A stretch of 64,000 bases of DNA. It comes from Mustelus asterias (taxonomy: Eukaryota). Within the stretch, counting starts at the first letter, position 1, and each line of letters starts with the position of its first letter. The notes beneath the pieces are model-generated. The model had not been told where the DNA came from. It was given only the letters and a program-made list of their open reading frames with translations, and made no database searches. The stretch is taken from NCBI RefSeq assembly GCF_964213995.1, contig NC_135813.1:61256001-61320000 (forward strand), written 5' to 3'. Shown here one piece after another: positions 11,501-22,904 of the stretch. Both the position numbers and the translations under genes were made by a program.

Positions 11501-11628
11501 CTCCTCCAGAGTGCTCCTCTTCTTAGCTAGCCTTGCCTCAGTATTTACTGACCTCCTGTTTTGTTCCCCACCCCCCTGCCACACTAGTTTAAATCCTGCC
11601 GAAACACTCTAGCAAAACTCCCAGCCAG
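8600..11628 (-). mobile_element. Young 5'-truncated CR1 LINE (last ORF1 codons, full ORF2, 3' UTR, (GTTCTTT)n tail)
   Basis: Uninterrupted ORF2; microsatellite tail at about 8600-8625; ORF1 C-terminus LAGSFARVFRQDLN* ends at 11584. Confidence 0.95.
8684..11584 (-). CDS. CR1 ORF2: APE endonuclease plus reverse transcriptase
   Basis: 966-codon ORF with FNARS, TETW, GDFN, SDHN (APE) and NYRPVSLTS, DFSKAFD, GVPQGSVLGP, FADD (RT). Confidence 0.93.
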   Translation of the reverse strand: MWQGGGEQNRRSVNTEARLAKKRSTLEEEDLTGPGGLECICFNARSVTGKTDELRALMLVRNLDVVAVTETWLKEGQDWQLNIPGYKCFRRDRGGAKKGGGVAILVKEHITAVQRVDNLEGSCTESLWVELRNRKGAVTMLGVYYRPPNSPREVEEMICQEILDRCRKHRVVVVGDFNFPGTDWKVLRAGGPDGEKFVKCVLEGSLEQYVDSPTREGAILDLVLGNEPGQVVKVSVGEHVANSDHNSVNFRIVMDKDECCPTDRVLNWGKADYSRIRQELVDVDWERMFEGKSASGMWESFKELLIRLQDRHVPVKRKDRKGRIREPWITREIEDLIKMKREAYVTSRQLKTDGALEEYRESRTDLKRGVRRAKRGHEMFLAGRIKENPKAFYSYVRNKRVVREKIGPLRDKGGELCLEPKGIGEILNDYFASVFTKERGVLTGSVSEGGVDPLEKISITREEVLGFLGNIKTDKAPGPDGIYPRLLRETRGEIAGPLTEIFVASLDTGEVPEDWRIANVVPLFKKGSRDNPGNYRPVSLTSVVGKLLERILRDRMYVHLEQNNLISDRQHGFVRGRSCLTNLVEFFEEVTKTVDEGRAVDVVYMDFSKAFDKVPHGRLVKKVKAHGIQGEVARWVENWLGHRRQRVVVEGSFSGWRSVTSGVPQGSVLGPLLFVIYINDLEEGVTGVISKFADDTKMAGIADSEEHCRAIQQDIDRLENWAERWQMEFNPDKCEVMHFGRNNVGRSYTINGRVIRSIETQRDLGVQVHKSLKVATQVEKVVKKAYGMLAFIGRGIEYKSWSLMMQLYRTLVRPHLEYCVQFWSPHYQKDVEALERVQRRFTRMLPGMEGLSYEERLGRLGLFSLERRRMRGDLIEVYKIMKGIDRVNSGKLCPRSEVTITRGHGLKLRGAKYNSDIRGTFFTQRVVAAWNALPSRVVEAGTLTSFKTYLDSHMSSLGMEGYKRLV

Positions 11629-11951
11629 TGTTTTATTTTAAATTCCTCAATGATACTGTAGTCTGTAGTTCTTTGTCAGCGGCGGCTTCGCCTCTTTCCG
11701 AAGCCGCTCTTAAAAGCGTAACCCCTTTGTAGAACTTATTTTAGTTCCATAAAGATTGGAGCATATATTTATAACCTGAAATTCTACTTTTCCTCCCATT
11801 ATTAAGGCCACTTGGCAACCTAATAGACTTAGTTATTCCAGATAACTGCCCTCCCAATCCGCCACGCTGCTTCCTGTTTGCAGTTCGCACCACATGCAGT
11901 CACATGCAGGTCAGACCAGGTAAGGATGGTCACCTATCAGATCTGGCTCTT

Positions 11952-12326
11952 GGGCGGCGATGGCGTAGTGTTATCGCCAGTCTAACAGGCTGGTAAACCC
12001 AGAGGAACGCTTTGGGAACCTGGTTTCGAATTCCAGCACGCAGCGATGAAAATTAAATGTAATACAAATCCGGAAAAATCAAATGATTGTCACGAAACTA
12101 TTGTAGATTATCATTACAGAACCATTTGGTTCACCCATGCTCTTTAGGGGACGAAACCTGCCATCCTTACCTGGTCTGGCCTGCATGTGACTCCAGAGCC
12201 ACAGCAATGCAGTTGACTTTTAAAATGCCCTCTGAAATGCATTCAAGTCAAGGGCAAATGGGGATGGGAAATGGGAAATGAATGCTGTCTCAGCCAGTGA
12301 CACCCACATCCCATGAATGAAAAAAA
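11952..12326 (+). mobile_element. tRNA-derived SINE (probable Meta-domain type)
   Basis: Box A/B-like head (TGGCGTAGTG; TTTCGAATTCC), central GGTTCAC..TTTAGGG..CCTTACCTGGTCTGGCCT..GTGACTCCAG domain, and a 3' end shared with the LINE at 14233-16850. Confidence 0.7.
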
Positions 12327-12789
12327 TAGGAAAATTTTGGATTCCTTAATTACGAAAGTAGTAGCAGGCAATTTCGGAAATCATAGTAGCATCAAGCAAA
12401 GTCACCATTATTTTATGAAAGGGAAATCATGTTTGATCAATTTACTGAATTAGCTGAGGAAGCAGATGGGGTAAAGAGGAACATTTTCTACAACCATCGA
12501 CATCATTAGACTTTTCATTCCAGATTTTTTATTAAATTCAAATTCCATCATTTGCAATGGTGGGATCGGAACGCTGGTGGCCGACGCATTAACCCAAGGA
12601 TCAGGAAACGGACCACTGCGCCACCGCCGGCGCCTCCCACGCATTTTTGGCCGATTTGTTCTGACTAGTGCTCATTTGAATTGCAGTCATCTTGGCATTA
12701 TTACAATTATTTTTTCTAGCTGTGCACGACCTTTCAGTGATTTCTGCACTCGGACCCTCATTTCTCCGCTTATCCACAGTTCGTAATTC

Positions 12790-13250
12790 GCACCTTCCAT
12801 GTTTTGATACATGCTGATAATGAATTCTTATGTCAAAGTGCATGACCTAAAACCTTTCCACATTGAACTGCATCATACTACATTTAACCCAATCAATAAT
12901 TCCATCTGTTCCCTTTTTCAATTTTCTCCTCATGTTTGTACTATGTATTGCGCCAATAAACGTAGTGTGGTCAGCAAATTTAAATGCGGAGTTCTCTCTA
13001 TTTCTTCATCCAAATCATTTTTTTCTGTATCACAGAAAGTTGCAGCGACCAGCGACACCTATTGGACATCAATCTTCTCATTCTGCCAATTTAAATACGG
13101 ACCCATCATCTCAAACCTCTGTCTCCTGTCTCCTAACGTTTCCGTATCGAACAAAATATGTTGCCTCCAATTACAATCGCTCTAATTTTTATCAACAGTC
13201 TCTTAAACCGAATCTGTTCAAATCACTTTTGTGTTCGCTGACCTGAAATG
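12790..13250 (-). mobile_element. Highly degenerate CR1-like RT fragment
   Basis: Remnants of the KFAD/GVLQ region on the minus strand. Confidence 0.4.
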
Positions 13251-14232
13251 ACCGTTCTTTCGCAAATAGTTTGAAGTTAAATTGCTCGTGCTCATGTTTA
13301 AACCCTTCAATAGTTTGTCCCTTCTTTAACCCTGTAATATCTTCAAGCCATACATCTTCTGGAAATGTTACGTTGCTCCAACTATTCGGTCGTATGCATC
13401 TCCCGCTTATTTTACCCCATCATATCCAGGCCTTAAACTGTGCAACCCCCTCTTCCCATACCAGCCGACCACAAAACATCTTCGTGATTCCACCTCTGAC
13501 TTCTTTTAATACTTTACTTGCAACTTAGATCTTTACACAGGTATTTTGTTAGATGTCTCAATTTCTCTTTCCTTGCTTCGGTGCAACATGGCTTACACTT
13601 GATGCTGCCAAGTGAATTAGTGTGGATGGAAGGGCTTGCGATAATCTCCCAATCTGCTCTGGATACAGGGCAAGTGCTGGAGAATGGAAATTTTTCAAGG
13701 TGACATTCGCGTTCAAGATACGCTCGACTAATGGATGTTATGTTCAGAATTGCAAAATGCTGGTCATTTAGGAGCGGCCAAATAAGTTGATTAATTAATC
13801 GAGAAATACGTGATAGGAACATGAAATGTGAGAATAACAATTGGGTTATTTGGTCTATATCTGCCTATTCTGTACAACCTTTTGATTTACGATGAGTTAT
13901 TGAAATGTGAGACGATACAAATAAGTGTAAATTATTCATAAATCCGGAAGAAAAGGAAGATCTTGATTCATTCCTTATATGTTGATAAAGGAGAAAGCCT
14001 GTTTCTTTCCAGCTGAAATAAACAAACAATGGAAATGCAACTTGAATGTATTCTAGACAGCAGTCCTAGGCTATTGAATCCTTCAGTGTAAAATGTAGCC
14101 ACGCCACTTTAAATCGCTCAGGACAACGCGGCACAAAGACAGCATTTTCATTATTATTCTCTCCCCGTTTACATTTAATTTGATGACGTCGATTAACTTT
14201 TTTTCTCGTTTAAACGTTTGGGTTGTTTTATT

Positions 14233-16850
14233 TACTCAACGGGATGTGTGCGTCGCTGGCTTGGCCAGCATTTATTGCCAATCCCTAGTTGCTCTTCAGA
14301 AGGTGGTGGTGACCTGCCTTCTTGAACTACGACCTACTCCTTGAGGTGTGGGTACACCCACAGTGCTGTTAGAGAGGGAATTCCAGTATTTTGACCCAGC
14401 GACAGTGAAGAAACAGTGATACATTTTCAAGTCAGGATGGTGAGTAACTTGGAGATGGTGGTGTTCCCAGGTATCTGCTGCTCTTGTCCTTCTTGATGCT
14501 ATTGGTCGTGCGTTTAGAAACTTCTGCCTAAGGAACCTTGGTGAGTTCCTGCACTGCATCTGGTAGATGGTGCACAGAGCGGCCACTGTTCCTCGATGAT
14601 GGAGGGATTCAGCGTTTGTGAAAGAGATAGCAATCAAGCGGGATGATTTGTTTTGGATGGTGTCGAGCTTCTTGAGTGTTATTGGAGTTGCACTCACCCA
14701 GGCAAGTGGAGAGTATCCCATTACACCCCACATTTATGCTTTGTATATGGTGGACAGAGTTTGGGGAGTCGCGAGGTGCGTTATTCGCCGCAGGATTAGT
14801 AGCCTTTATCTGCTTTGATCCCTCAGTATTTATATGGCTAGTCCACTTCTGTTTCTGGATATTAATAGTAGGGGATTCATCGATGATAATACCTTTGACT
14901 ATCAAGGGACGATGGCTAGATCTTCTTTTGTTGGAGATGATCATTGCCGGGCTCTTCTGTGGTGCGAATGATACTTGCTACTTGTCAGCTCAAGCCTGGA
15001 TATTGCACAGGCCTAGCTGAATTCGGACGTGGACTGCTTCAGTATCTGTGGAGCCACGAATGGTGTTGAACATTGTGCAGTTATCTGCAAAAATCCTCAT
15101 ACTGAACTTATGATGGAAGGAAAGTTATTGATGAAGAAGTTGAAGTTGGTTGGGCCTAGGACGCGAACCTGAGGAACTCCTGCAGTAATGGCCTGGAGCT
15201 GATAAGGATAACCTCGAAGCACCACAACCATCTTCCTTTGCGCCAGGGATGACCCCAACCAGTGGAGAGTTTGTCCCCTGATTCCTATTGATTCCAGTTT
15301 TGCAAGTGATCCTTAATGCCATATTCACCTTGATATTAAGGGCAGTCACTCTCATCTCATCTTTAGCATTCAGCTCTGTTGTCCATATCTGAACAAACAC
15401 TGTAATGGTGTCAGGAGGTGAATGCCCTGTAGGAAACCAAACTGAGGATCCGTGAGCAGGTTATTGCTGAGCAAGTGCGGCTTGATAACACTGTTGATGA
15501 CCCCTTCCTTTAGTTTGCTGATGAGCGAAAGTAGGCTGATGGAGCGGTTATTAGCTGTGTTGTATCTGTCCTGTTTCCAGTGTACAGAACCTATCTTGGC
15601 AATTTTTCACATTGCCAGGTAATTGCCAGTTTCGTAACTGTACTGGAGCAGCTTGGCTAGCGGTGCAGCAAATTTTGGAGCACGAGTTTTCAGGCCATTT
15701 GCCGGAATATTGTACAGCCTTTGTAGTAATAATGCTTTCAACAGTTTCTTGATGTCACGTGGAGTCAATCGAATTGGTTGAAGACTGATATCTGTGATGC
15801 TCGGGACGTCTGGAGGAGGCCGAGCTGGATCATCCACTCGGCACTTCTGGATGAAGACTGTTGCGAATGCTTCAGTCTTATATTTTGCACAGAAGTGCTG
15901 GGCTCCTCCATCGTTGAGGATGTGGATAACTGAAGAACCTCCTCCTCCAGTGAGTTGTTTACTTGTCCACTACCTTAACGGCTGGATGTCGCAGGACTGC
16001 AGACCTTAGATCTGATCCGCTGGTTGTGGAATTACTTAGATCTATTTATTAATTGCTGCTCATGCTGTTTGGCATACAAGTAGTCCCTTGTTGTAGCTTT
16101 ATCAGGTTGACACCTCATTTTCAGATATGCGTGGTGTTGCTCCTGGCATGCTCTCCTGCCATCTCCATTAAACCAGGGTTGGTCCGCTGGCTGGTGATAA
16201 TAGTAGAGAGGGGAAGGTGACAGGCCATGAGGTTGCAGATTGTAGTTGAGTACAATTCTGCTGCTGCTGATGGCCCACATCGCCTCATGAATGCCCAGTC
16301 TTGAATTGCTAGTCTGTCCAAAGTGTATCCCATTTAGCACGGTGGTAGTGTCACACACACGATGGAGGATTCCTCGATGTGAAGAGGGCACCTCGCCTCC
16401 ACAAGAACAATGCAATGGTCACTCCCCTAATTCTGTCATGGACAGATGTAGCTGCGGAAGGCAGGTTGCTGAGGATTATGTCAAGTATGTTTTTCCCTCT
16501 TGTTGATTCCCTCACCAGGAGGGAATGACACGTGATAACTAGCAAGCGGTTTCCTTGCCCATGTGTAATCAGGTGCCATGGCACTTCATGGAGTCCAGAG
16601 TCGATGTTGAGGGCTTCCTCCCGGCTTTATATAAATGTGCCACCACCTCTGATGGGTCTCTCCTGCCGGGGAGACAGGACGTACCAAGGAATGATGATGG
16701 TGGTGTCTGGGACATTATCTGTCAGTTATTATTCCCTGAGTATGACTCCGTCAGGCACTTGACTAGTGAGACTGCTCTCACTTTTGGCACAAGCCCCCAG
16801 AAGTTAATAAGGAGGGCTTTGCAGGTTCGACAGGGTTGAATTTGCAGTTG
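14233..16850 (-). mobile_element. Degenerate non-LTR retrotransposon (CR1/L2-group), likely SINE partner
   Basis: Fragmented ORF2 pieces (NILDIILSN, DQPWFN, PLAKLLQYSYETG, KLDTIQ, WNSL); its 3' terminus matches the SINE tails at 12250-12326 and 33775-33845. Confidence 0.75.
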
Positions 16851-17074
16851 TTGTTTCCAGTGTGTTCGATTTCATTCCTTTATGCTTTCTTCTTGGAAGT
16901 CGAATGCAACTCAATGGCTTGCTAGGCCATTTCAGAAGATATTTAAGAGTCATCCGCATTGCCGTGGGTCTGGATTAACACGTATTCCATACTAGGACGT
17001 CAGGTTTCCACCTCTGAAGAGCGTTAGTGAACTAGATGCATTTTTAAGCAGTCCACAATAGTTCCGTAGTCACA

Positions 17075-18005
17075 GAGTCCTCGAGTCATATAGCGCAGAA
17101 AAGACCCTTCGGTTCACCGAGTCTGCACCAACAATATCAACCACAAAAGTCGCACCAATCCCATTTTCCCACACTTGTCCCATATCCCTGAATATTATGA
17201 TATTTCAAGTGCTCATCCAAAGATGTTTGGAAGGTTGTAAGCTTTCTAGCCTCGACTATCTTCCCAGGCAGTCAATTTCAGATTCACACTGCCTCTGAGT
17301 GAAGACGCTTTTTTTCTCAAATGCCCTCTGCATCTCCTGCCCTTACCCGAAAACTATGCCCCTCGTGATTGACCCCTCAACCAAGGGGAACAACCCTCAT
17401 AATCTTATACCTCTCAACTATGCCCCCCTCCCCACCCCCGCCTTTACATTCCCTGCTCTAAAAAAGGCGATCCGAGCATATTTAGACTCTCCATTTGTTC
17501 AAATGTTCCATCGCAGCAACATTCTGGTTATCCTCTTCTGTACCCCCTCTAATTCTATCACATTCCTCATTTAGTGAGGTAACCAGAACTGCACTAATAT
17601 TTCAGCTGTGGCCCAACTAACGCTCTATACAATTCCAAGATTACCACCTTGCTCTTGTATTCTATGCTACGGCTGATGAAAGTAAGTGTCCCATATGCTT
17701 TCTTAACTATTCTATTCACGTGATCTGCCAATTTCGGGGAACTGTGAATAATTACCCCACGATCCCTATGATCCTTTGAGCTTCCCAATGTCCTGCCATT
17801 CGTTGAATACGCTCACATCTTGTTTCTTCTTCGAAAGTGCAACACTTCGCAGTTATCAGTGTTAGACACCATCAGCCACTGTTCTGTCCATCTGACCAAC
17901 CCAGCTATATCTTCCTGTGACCTACAACAAACTTCTTTACTATGAACCACCCTAACAATTTTGTTGTCGTCTGCAAACTTGCTTATCATTCCCCCCACAT
18001 TTTCA
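17075..18005 (-). mobile_element. CR1 LINE 3' fragment
   Basis: ORF pieces ISKFADD, CEVLHF, KKAYG, LYRALVGPQLKY. Confidence 0.8.
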
Positions 18006-18499
18006 TCTGGTGTGAGTGATAAATGCTGGCCGAGCATTTATTTTAAGACTCTGCCTGCTGTTTCTAGTCTCAGCTGTAAGGAGGAATACCATTCTATCAT
18101 CCATCCTTGAAGCAATTTGAACATTTTATGTGTTTCAATGCGATTCTCCCTTTCATTATTCTAAATTCTGGGGATACTGGCCCAGTCTATTCTATCTCTC
18201 CTCAGAGGACAATACTTCCAACCAGAAATAAGTCTGCTGAAACTTTAATTTTCTCCCAGTAAACCAGGCATCTATTCCCTTAGATGTACACACATTAGTG
18301 ATCTCATGACGACCCGATTACATTGTTCTCTATGTTATCATACCGGCAGATGGCAGCTTTGGAAACTGAAGAAATCTCAAACATGCCTTCCGGATTATTT
18401 CAGATGTGGACGGAGTAATTGTATTGTAATTGAAAACAACGCAGACACTTCACGTCTGCCGAATTTAAAGGCAGATCAATGCGGCTTATTGGCACGAAA

Positions 18500-19175
18500 C
18501 AGTATTTGATGTCCTGTTATTCAAATAGTTTCTCACTGCATGTAATTGTAAAAAGAATCTACAGCATGGAAACAGTCAATTCAGCTTCGATTTCGCTGTT
18601 CAATTAGATAACGTTTGATCTGTCGCTCTCTTTCATTTTTCAGCTTTGCCCTATATCTATTGATATTCTTACCTAATAAAGATCTATCGAGTTCAAGTCT
18701 TCAAAATGGAGACACGTCAGGTTTCACCTACTACTTGTCTGAGAGAGTGCTTCGTGATTTCACTTAATGACTTAACAGGAACTTTAAATTTCCACTCTTC
18801 TTCTGGGTTCAGTCACAAATAGAAATAGTTCCTCTGTATTATCATTTCGTTTCATTAAAAAATGATTACATCAATCATCCATCTTAAAGCTTTTTTAAAT
18901 CTGCCCTCACAATTAAACAATTGGAAGTAAGTGCATCACATTGATAAATCTTCACTGAACCACTTCAAAGCAAATATACCTTTCATGGGTTTTGTGCCGA
19001 AAACTGAATGCTAAACTCCAGAAGTGGTCTGGCTAAGATTCGGTGTAGCGGGAGCATTACTTCCTCGAATTTTATTTCCAATCCCCTTTTAATAAACACC
19101 AACATAATATTCAGCTTTTTCATTTCTCTTTGTACCGAAATTTCAGTGTTTTGTTGTAAATCAACAAACAAATCC
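18500..19175 (-). mobile_element. Degenerate CR1 3' fragment
   Basis: ORF piece MLVFIKRGLE...LARPLLEFSIQFS. Confidence 0.6.
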
Positions 19176-20294
19176 GCCATTTCATCCAAAGCCCCTGGTC
19201 CCGCAACGTTAACTCAAGATTGGTTTTTTTGGTGGTGTGGCGCGGGGTGGGGGCAGGGGGCGAGCGGTTCTCACAGGTTCAAAGTGTATAATTTCATATC
19301 TTCTAGTTGAACGCCGTTTGGCATAATTTGAAATTTTACTTGTCTATCTATGGGATTTCCATTGTGGAGCCTGGTGATCCATTGCAACTCTTCATATTGT
19401 GCCATCTGCAAAGTCCTTCATCCAAATCAATTTGCGCCGCTAGAACTGATCTCTTCAGAAATCCACTTGTCACACCCAGTTAATCGGAAGACGAACCCTT
19501 AACCGCTTCGTACGCGCTCCGACCTCCTAGCCAATTAACAAAACTTTCAACTAAAATACTTATATTTTTCATAGGTGGCTATCTTTCCTTTATGCGTCCC
19601 TGTTCTGGATTCAACGACAATGGAAGCGTCTTTCCACGTTCAAAGTTTCGCAATTTCCTATAATTTTATAGCCCTCTATGAAATTTCTTCAGTCATCGCT
19701 TTTTAAATGAAGACGCCATCCAACCTGTTAATTGTACCCTGAATGTGTATAACTGGATGATTCAGAAGCGATTTCATAAAGTGCTCTGAATTCTGGACAT
19801 AAACGTCACATAGAATTCAGCACCTTCCAGATATGGGACACAAATCCGCTAGGTCTATTTTTAAATTGATATTGTCAGATTTTTCACGAAATGTTAAATG
19901 AAAGCCATGCATTTTGTATATAATATCTATGTTCCGGATAAGGCCACTGAATGCACAAAAAGTGTCTCGAAAAGCATAAGAAATTGAACTTGACCATTCA
20001 GTCAAATTTTTTAAAATTGCTATGAATGTCTTGAGGAATAGTGTATAGAAAAGGAAACTGGAACCTGAGATAACGGAACAGGTATTTCATTACATTTTTA
20101 AGTTAAAATGAAACTTTGATATTTTCAGAGAGAACACTGAAATATACAGAAAGGAGGATGCAGCCGACACACTATACAACTATCGTGATATGAAATGTTC
20201 CACTTAAAGTCAAGCATCTAATACCTGATTCAGAAATTTAGTTTTATAGAAACTTATCTAATAGTATAACAGATAAATGTATCGAAGTCTGGAA

Positions 20295-20617
20295 TCAGAT
20301 ACAGCTGGATCACGCAATAGTTTTTGGAAGCGGGTTTACCTGAGTCTCGTGTTTGACCAGACAGGAGTAAAGCTCGTGTGAGTTCCACTCTGAAGCTGAC
20401 AGTGTCAAATAACTGCTCACACTGAACGTGCTGTCCGCCTCCTGCTGGATCCGACTCGTTTCAACGCCATTCCCTCTGACGCTGCCATCTACAATCCATT
20501 CATTCTCCACAGCTCCCGGGTTAAAACCGTTCACCAAACACGCCAGCGTCGCAGTGTTCGTCGTTGTGATTAGATCCGATGACGGCGGAAGGACAGAGAT
20601 AATGGGGCTCTGTGGAT
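20295..20617 (-). pseudogene. Orphan Ig light chain constant exon with a premature stop
   Basis: Intact acceptor; (x)PQSPIISVLPPSSDLITTTNTATLACLVNGFNPG...YSCLVKHETQVNPLPKTIA*SSCI*; 323 nt like the other C exons; TGA at 20310-20312; no V-J found upstream on the minus strand. Confidence 0.88.
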
Positions 20618-20979
20618 CTGTAAAGTAGAAAACAATGAAAGAATATCCAATATTAATCGGCTTAAAACTTATTCTTCAAATCTGAAACTTCCTCGTTACG
20701 ATGTAAAGCTGCGAGAATATTAATAGAATGGAACCTTATTAGTGTAAATTGAACAATGACTAACATCCACAGCTCGAGGGAGCAAGTAACCAGAGATGAT
20801 GTTTCTATTTCAGCTGCATGGAAGAGAGCAGATGAAAATTCTTGAAGCCAGAAAATATTAAACGTACAAATAACAGGGAAGTACAACATTGCTTCAAATG
20901 CCCTCATCTGGCGGAGACGTTCGCAGTGTCCCACAAAATGCAGATTTTTTAAAGCCAATGTTGATAGCAAAGATTTTTC

Positions 20980-21260
20980 ACTGTGTACCTTCCAATTCCG
21001 TCTAAAATGACAACGGCCAAAGATACAGGGGAACCACGTTTCCTTCCAAGTCACATATCATCCTGACTTGGAGCTATATCACTGTTCCATCACTGTCGTT
21101 GGGTCATATTCCTGGAGTTCTCTCCCTAAAAGCACTGTGGACGTACCTACATTTCAGGGACTGCAGCGGTTCAAGAAGGCAGCTCACCTTCTCAAGGGAA
21201 ATTCGGCATGGACCATAAATGTTGGCCTACCGAGCGACGTCCACATCTCTAGAATAAAAG
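20980..21260 (+). mobile_element. LINE 3' end fragment (same family as 14233-16850)
   Basis: Matches the 3' sequence gactgcagcggttcaagaaggcagctcacc...cttctcaaggg. Confidence 0.6.
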
Positions 21261-21633
21261 TACCTTAAACACACGGTGACAATCAATTTAACATTGATCT
21301 CCATTGTTCACATATCTTCTGTTTTGCATTTATTTTGGCGGTGCAGTAACTCTTATATTGGTGTTTGTAATTCAGTACATTTGCGGCTAGGGCCGCTCAG
21401 CCAGTTACTGGTTTGTGCAACATTTCCCTCCTATATGACGGTGAGGATACTGAGGAAAATCTCAGAGGAATTTTCTATCAAATTCGAAGTATGTTTTTTC
21501 GTGGCATCTGTGGTATCATGAAATTTACGTTTACACTAGAAAGGAACTAGTTTACAGCAATAGATTTCACCAGTACTGAATAATAGTATCCCAACAATAT
21601 CCACAATGTGCAAATAATAAATAGACATATCAT

Positions 21634-21835
21634 GGCCAATCGTATCCCTCAACCAATACTGCTATCGCAAATTTTTCATTATCACATTGGTGTTTGTGGA
21701 AACTGCCTGTGTTCATGCAGTCTGCCGTGATTCTTACATTACAATAGTGACTGCACTTCAAAAGTATTAATTGACTGGGAAGCGCTTGAGATTTCATGCT
21801 GGTGTGGGGTGCGCTTTATCAATGCAAGCTTGTTC
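21634..21835 (+). mobile_element. Deu-domain SINE fragment (SacSINE1/AmnSINE1-like)
   Basis: GGCCAAT..TATCCCTCAACCAA..CATTATCACATTG..TACATTACAA.AGTGACT.CACTTCAAAAGTA, resembling the Deu domain and its tail. Confidence 0.65.
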
Positions 21836-22843
21836 TTGCATTTGACTAAATATGTGTGTTCTCGTTATAGTGGCAATGAAATATAACCCGGTGTAACAAC
21901 ATCGAAGCAAGACTGCTAACATTTCTTGTATTTTTAAATAACCGCTCAAACCGCCAGATACCAGCTGCACACACTCAGTAAAATGTCTTCGACAATTTGT
22001 CGGAACAATAACAACCCTTTTTTTCCAATTTCAGAAACAAACGCTGAGCCGCTATAATTAGTTCTGGCAGTGAGATGCGGTGTCAGCCGTGGTCCACCAA
22101 TACGAGGTTTGTCCGTCTCGGACTAACGATCTACAACATCGCTTTGCTTCCCTTGCCTATTTGTAGACTGAAACTACGATAACTTAGACAAGTGCCCCCA
22201 GTTCCTAACGTGAAAATCCCGCTGCATAATGTGGAGTTTAGCTGAATATTCGGATAGTGTAATATCTGGAACCCCTTGGAATTATAGAGCAATGTCTAAA
22301 ATTATCAGGTTTCACTATTGTCCAAAAAAACAGAATACCAATTGCAGACGCAGGAGGACAGAATCCCTACAGTGCATAAGGAGTTCATTCGGCCCACCGA
22401 GCCTGCACCGATTCTGGTAAAGTGCATCCCACCCAGGCCCAATCACGCACACACCAATAACTACCACCCGCCCCCTCCCCCCCCCCCCCCCCAATTCGAA
22501 ATGCGGAAGGTAGTACTGAGCATTTTGCACTGGGCGGTTGTCACTGAGTTTGGAGACGAGTGACCGCGAGTTCCAGCAATTCGTCACACCATCCATGCAC
22601 AGTATCAATCGTAGGCTGGGGAATGAATCGTGGTAACGCTCCACGTTAAATGTAAACTGAATCGTGTGAAAAAATATAGTCTTTGAACAGGGCTGTGAGG
22701 AAAGGGAAAGAGGGTAGGCGTGGGGTAGGGAAGGGGTGGGGGTTGGGGGGGGGGGCTGGTGGGGGACAACCCCGTCTGAAAAAACCCGTGGAATTCAAAG
22801 GGCGATAGAATGTCAGAATGCAAACTCGCGCCCTTTGAAAGAC

Positions 22844-22904
22844 TGGCTAAGATCAAGTGTAGTATCTGTTCTTATCAGTTTCTTGGCTAAGATCAAGTGT
22901 AGTA
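22844..22904 (+). pseudogene. Tandem U2 snRNA 5' fragments (not a complete U2 gene)
   Basis: Exact match to TGGCTAAGATCAAGTGTAGTATCTGTTCTTATCAGTTT; no Sm site and no 3' stem-loops. Confidence 0.85.

Noticed and set aside
9107-11612. Numerous plus-strand ORFs (also at 45197-47149)
   Set aside because: Antisense shadows of CR1 ORF2.
22180-22280. Minus-strand FTLGTGG and GVPD words resembling J/V remnants upstream of the inverted C
   Set aside because: Wrong spacing, no YYC or WY motif and no donor site; likely chance.
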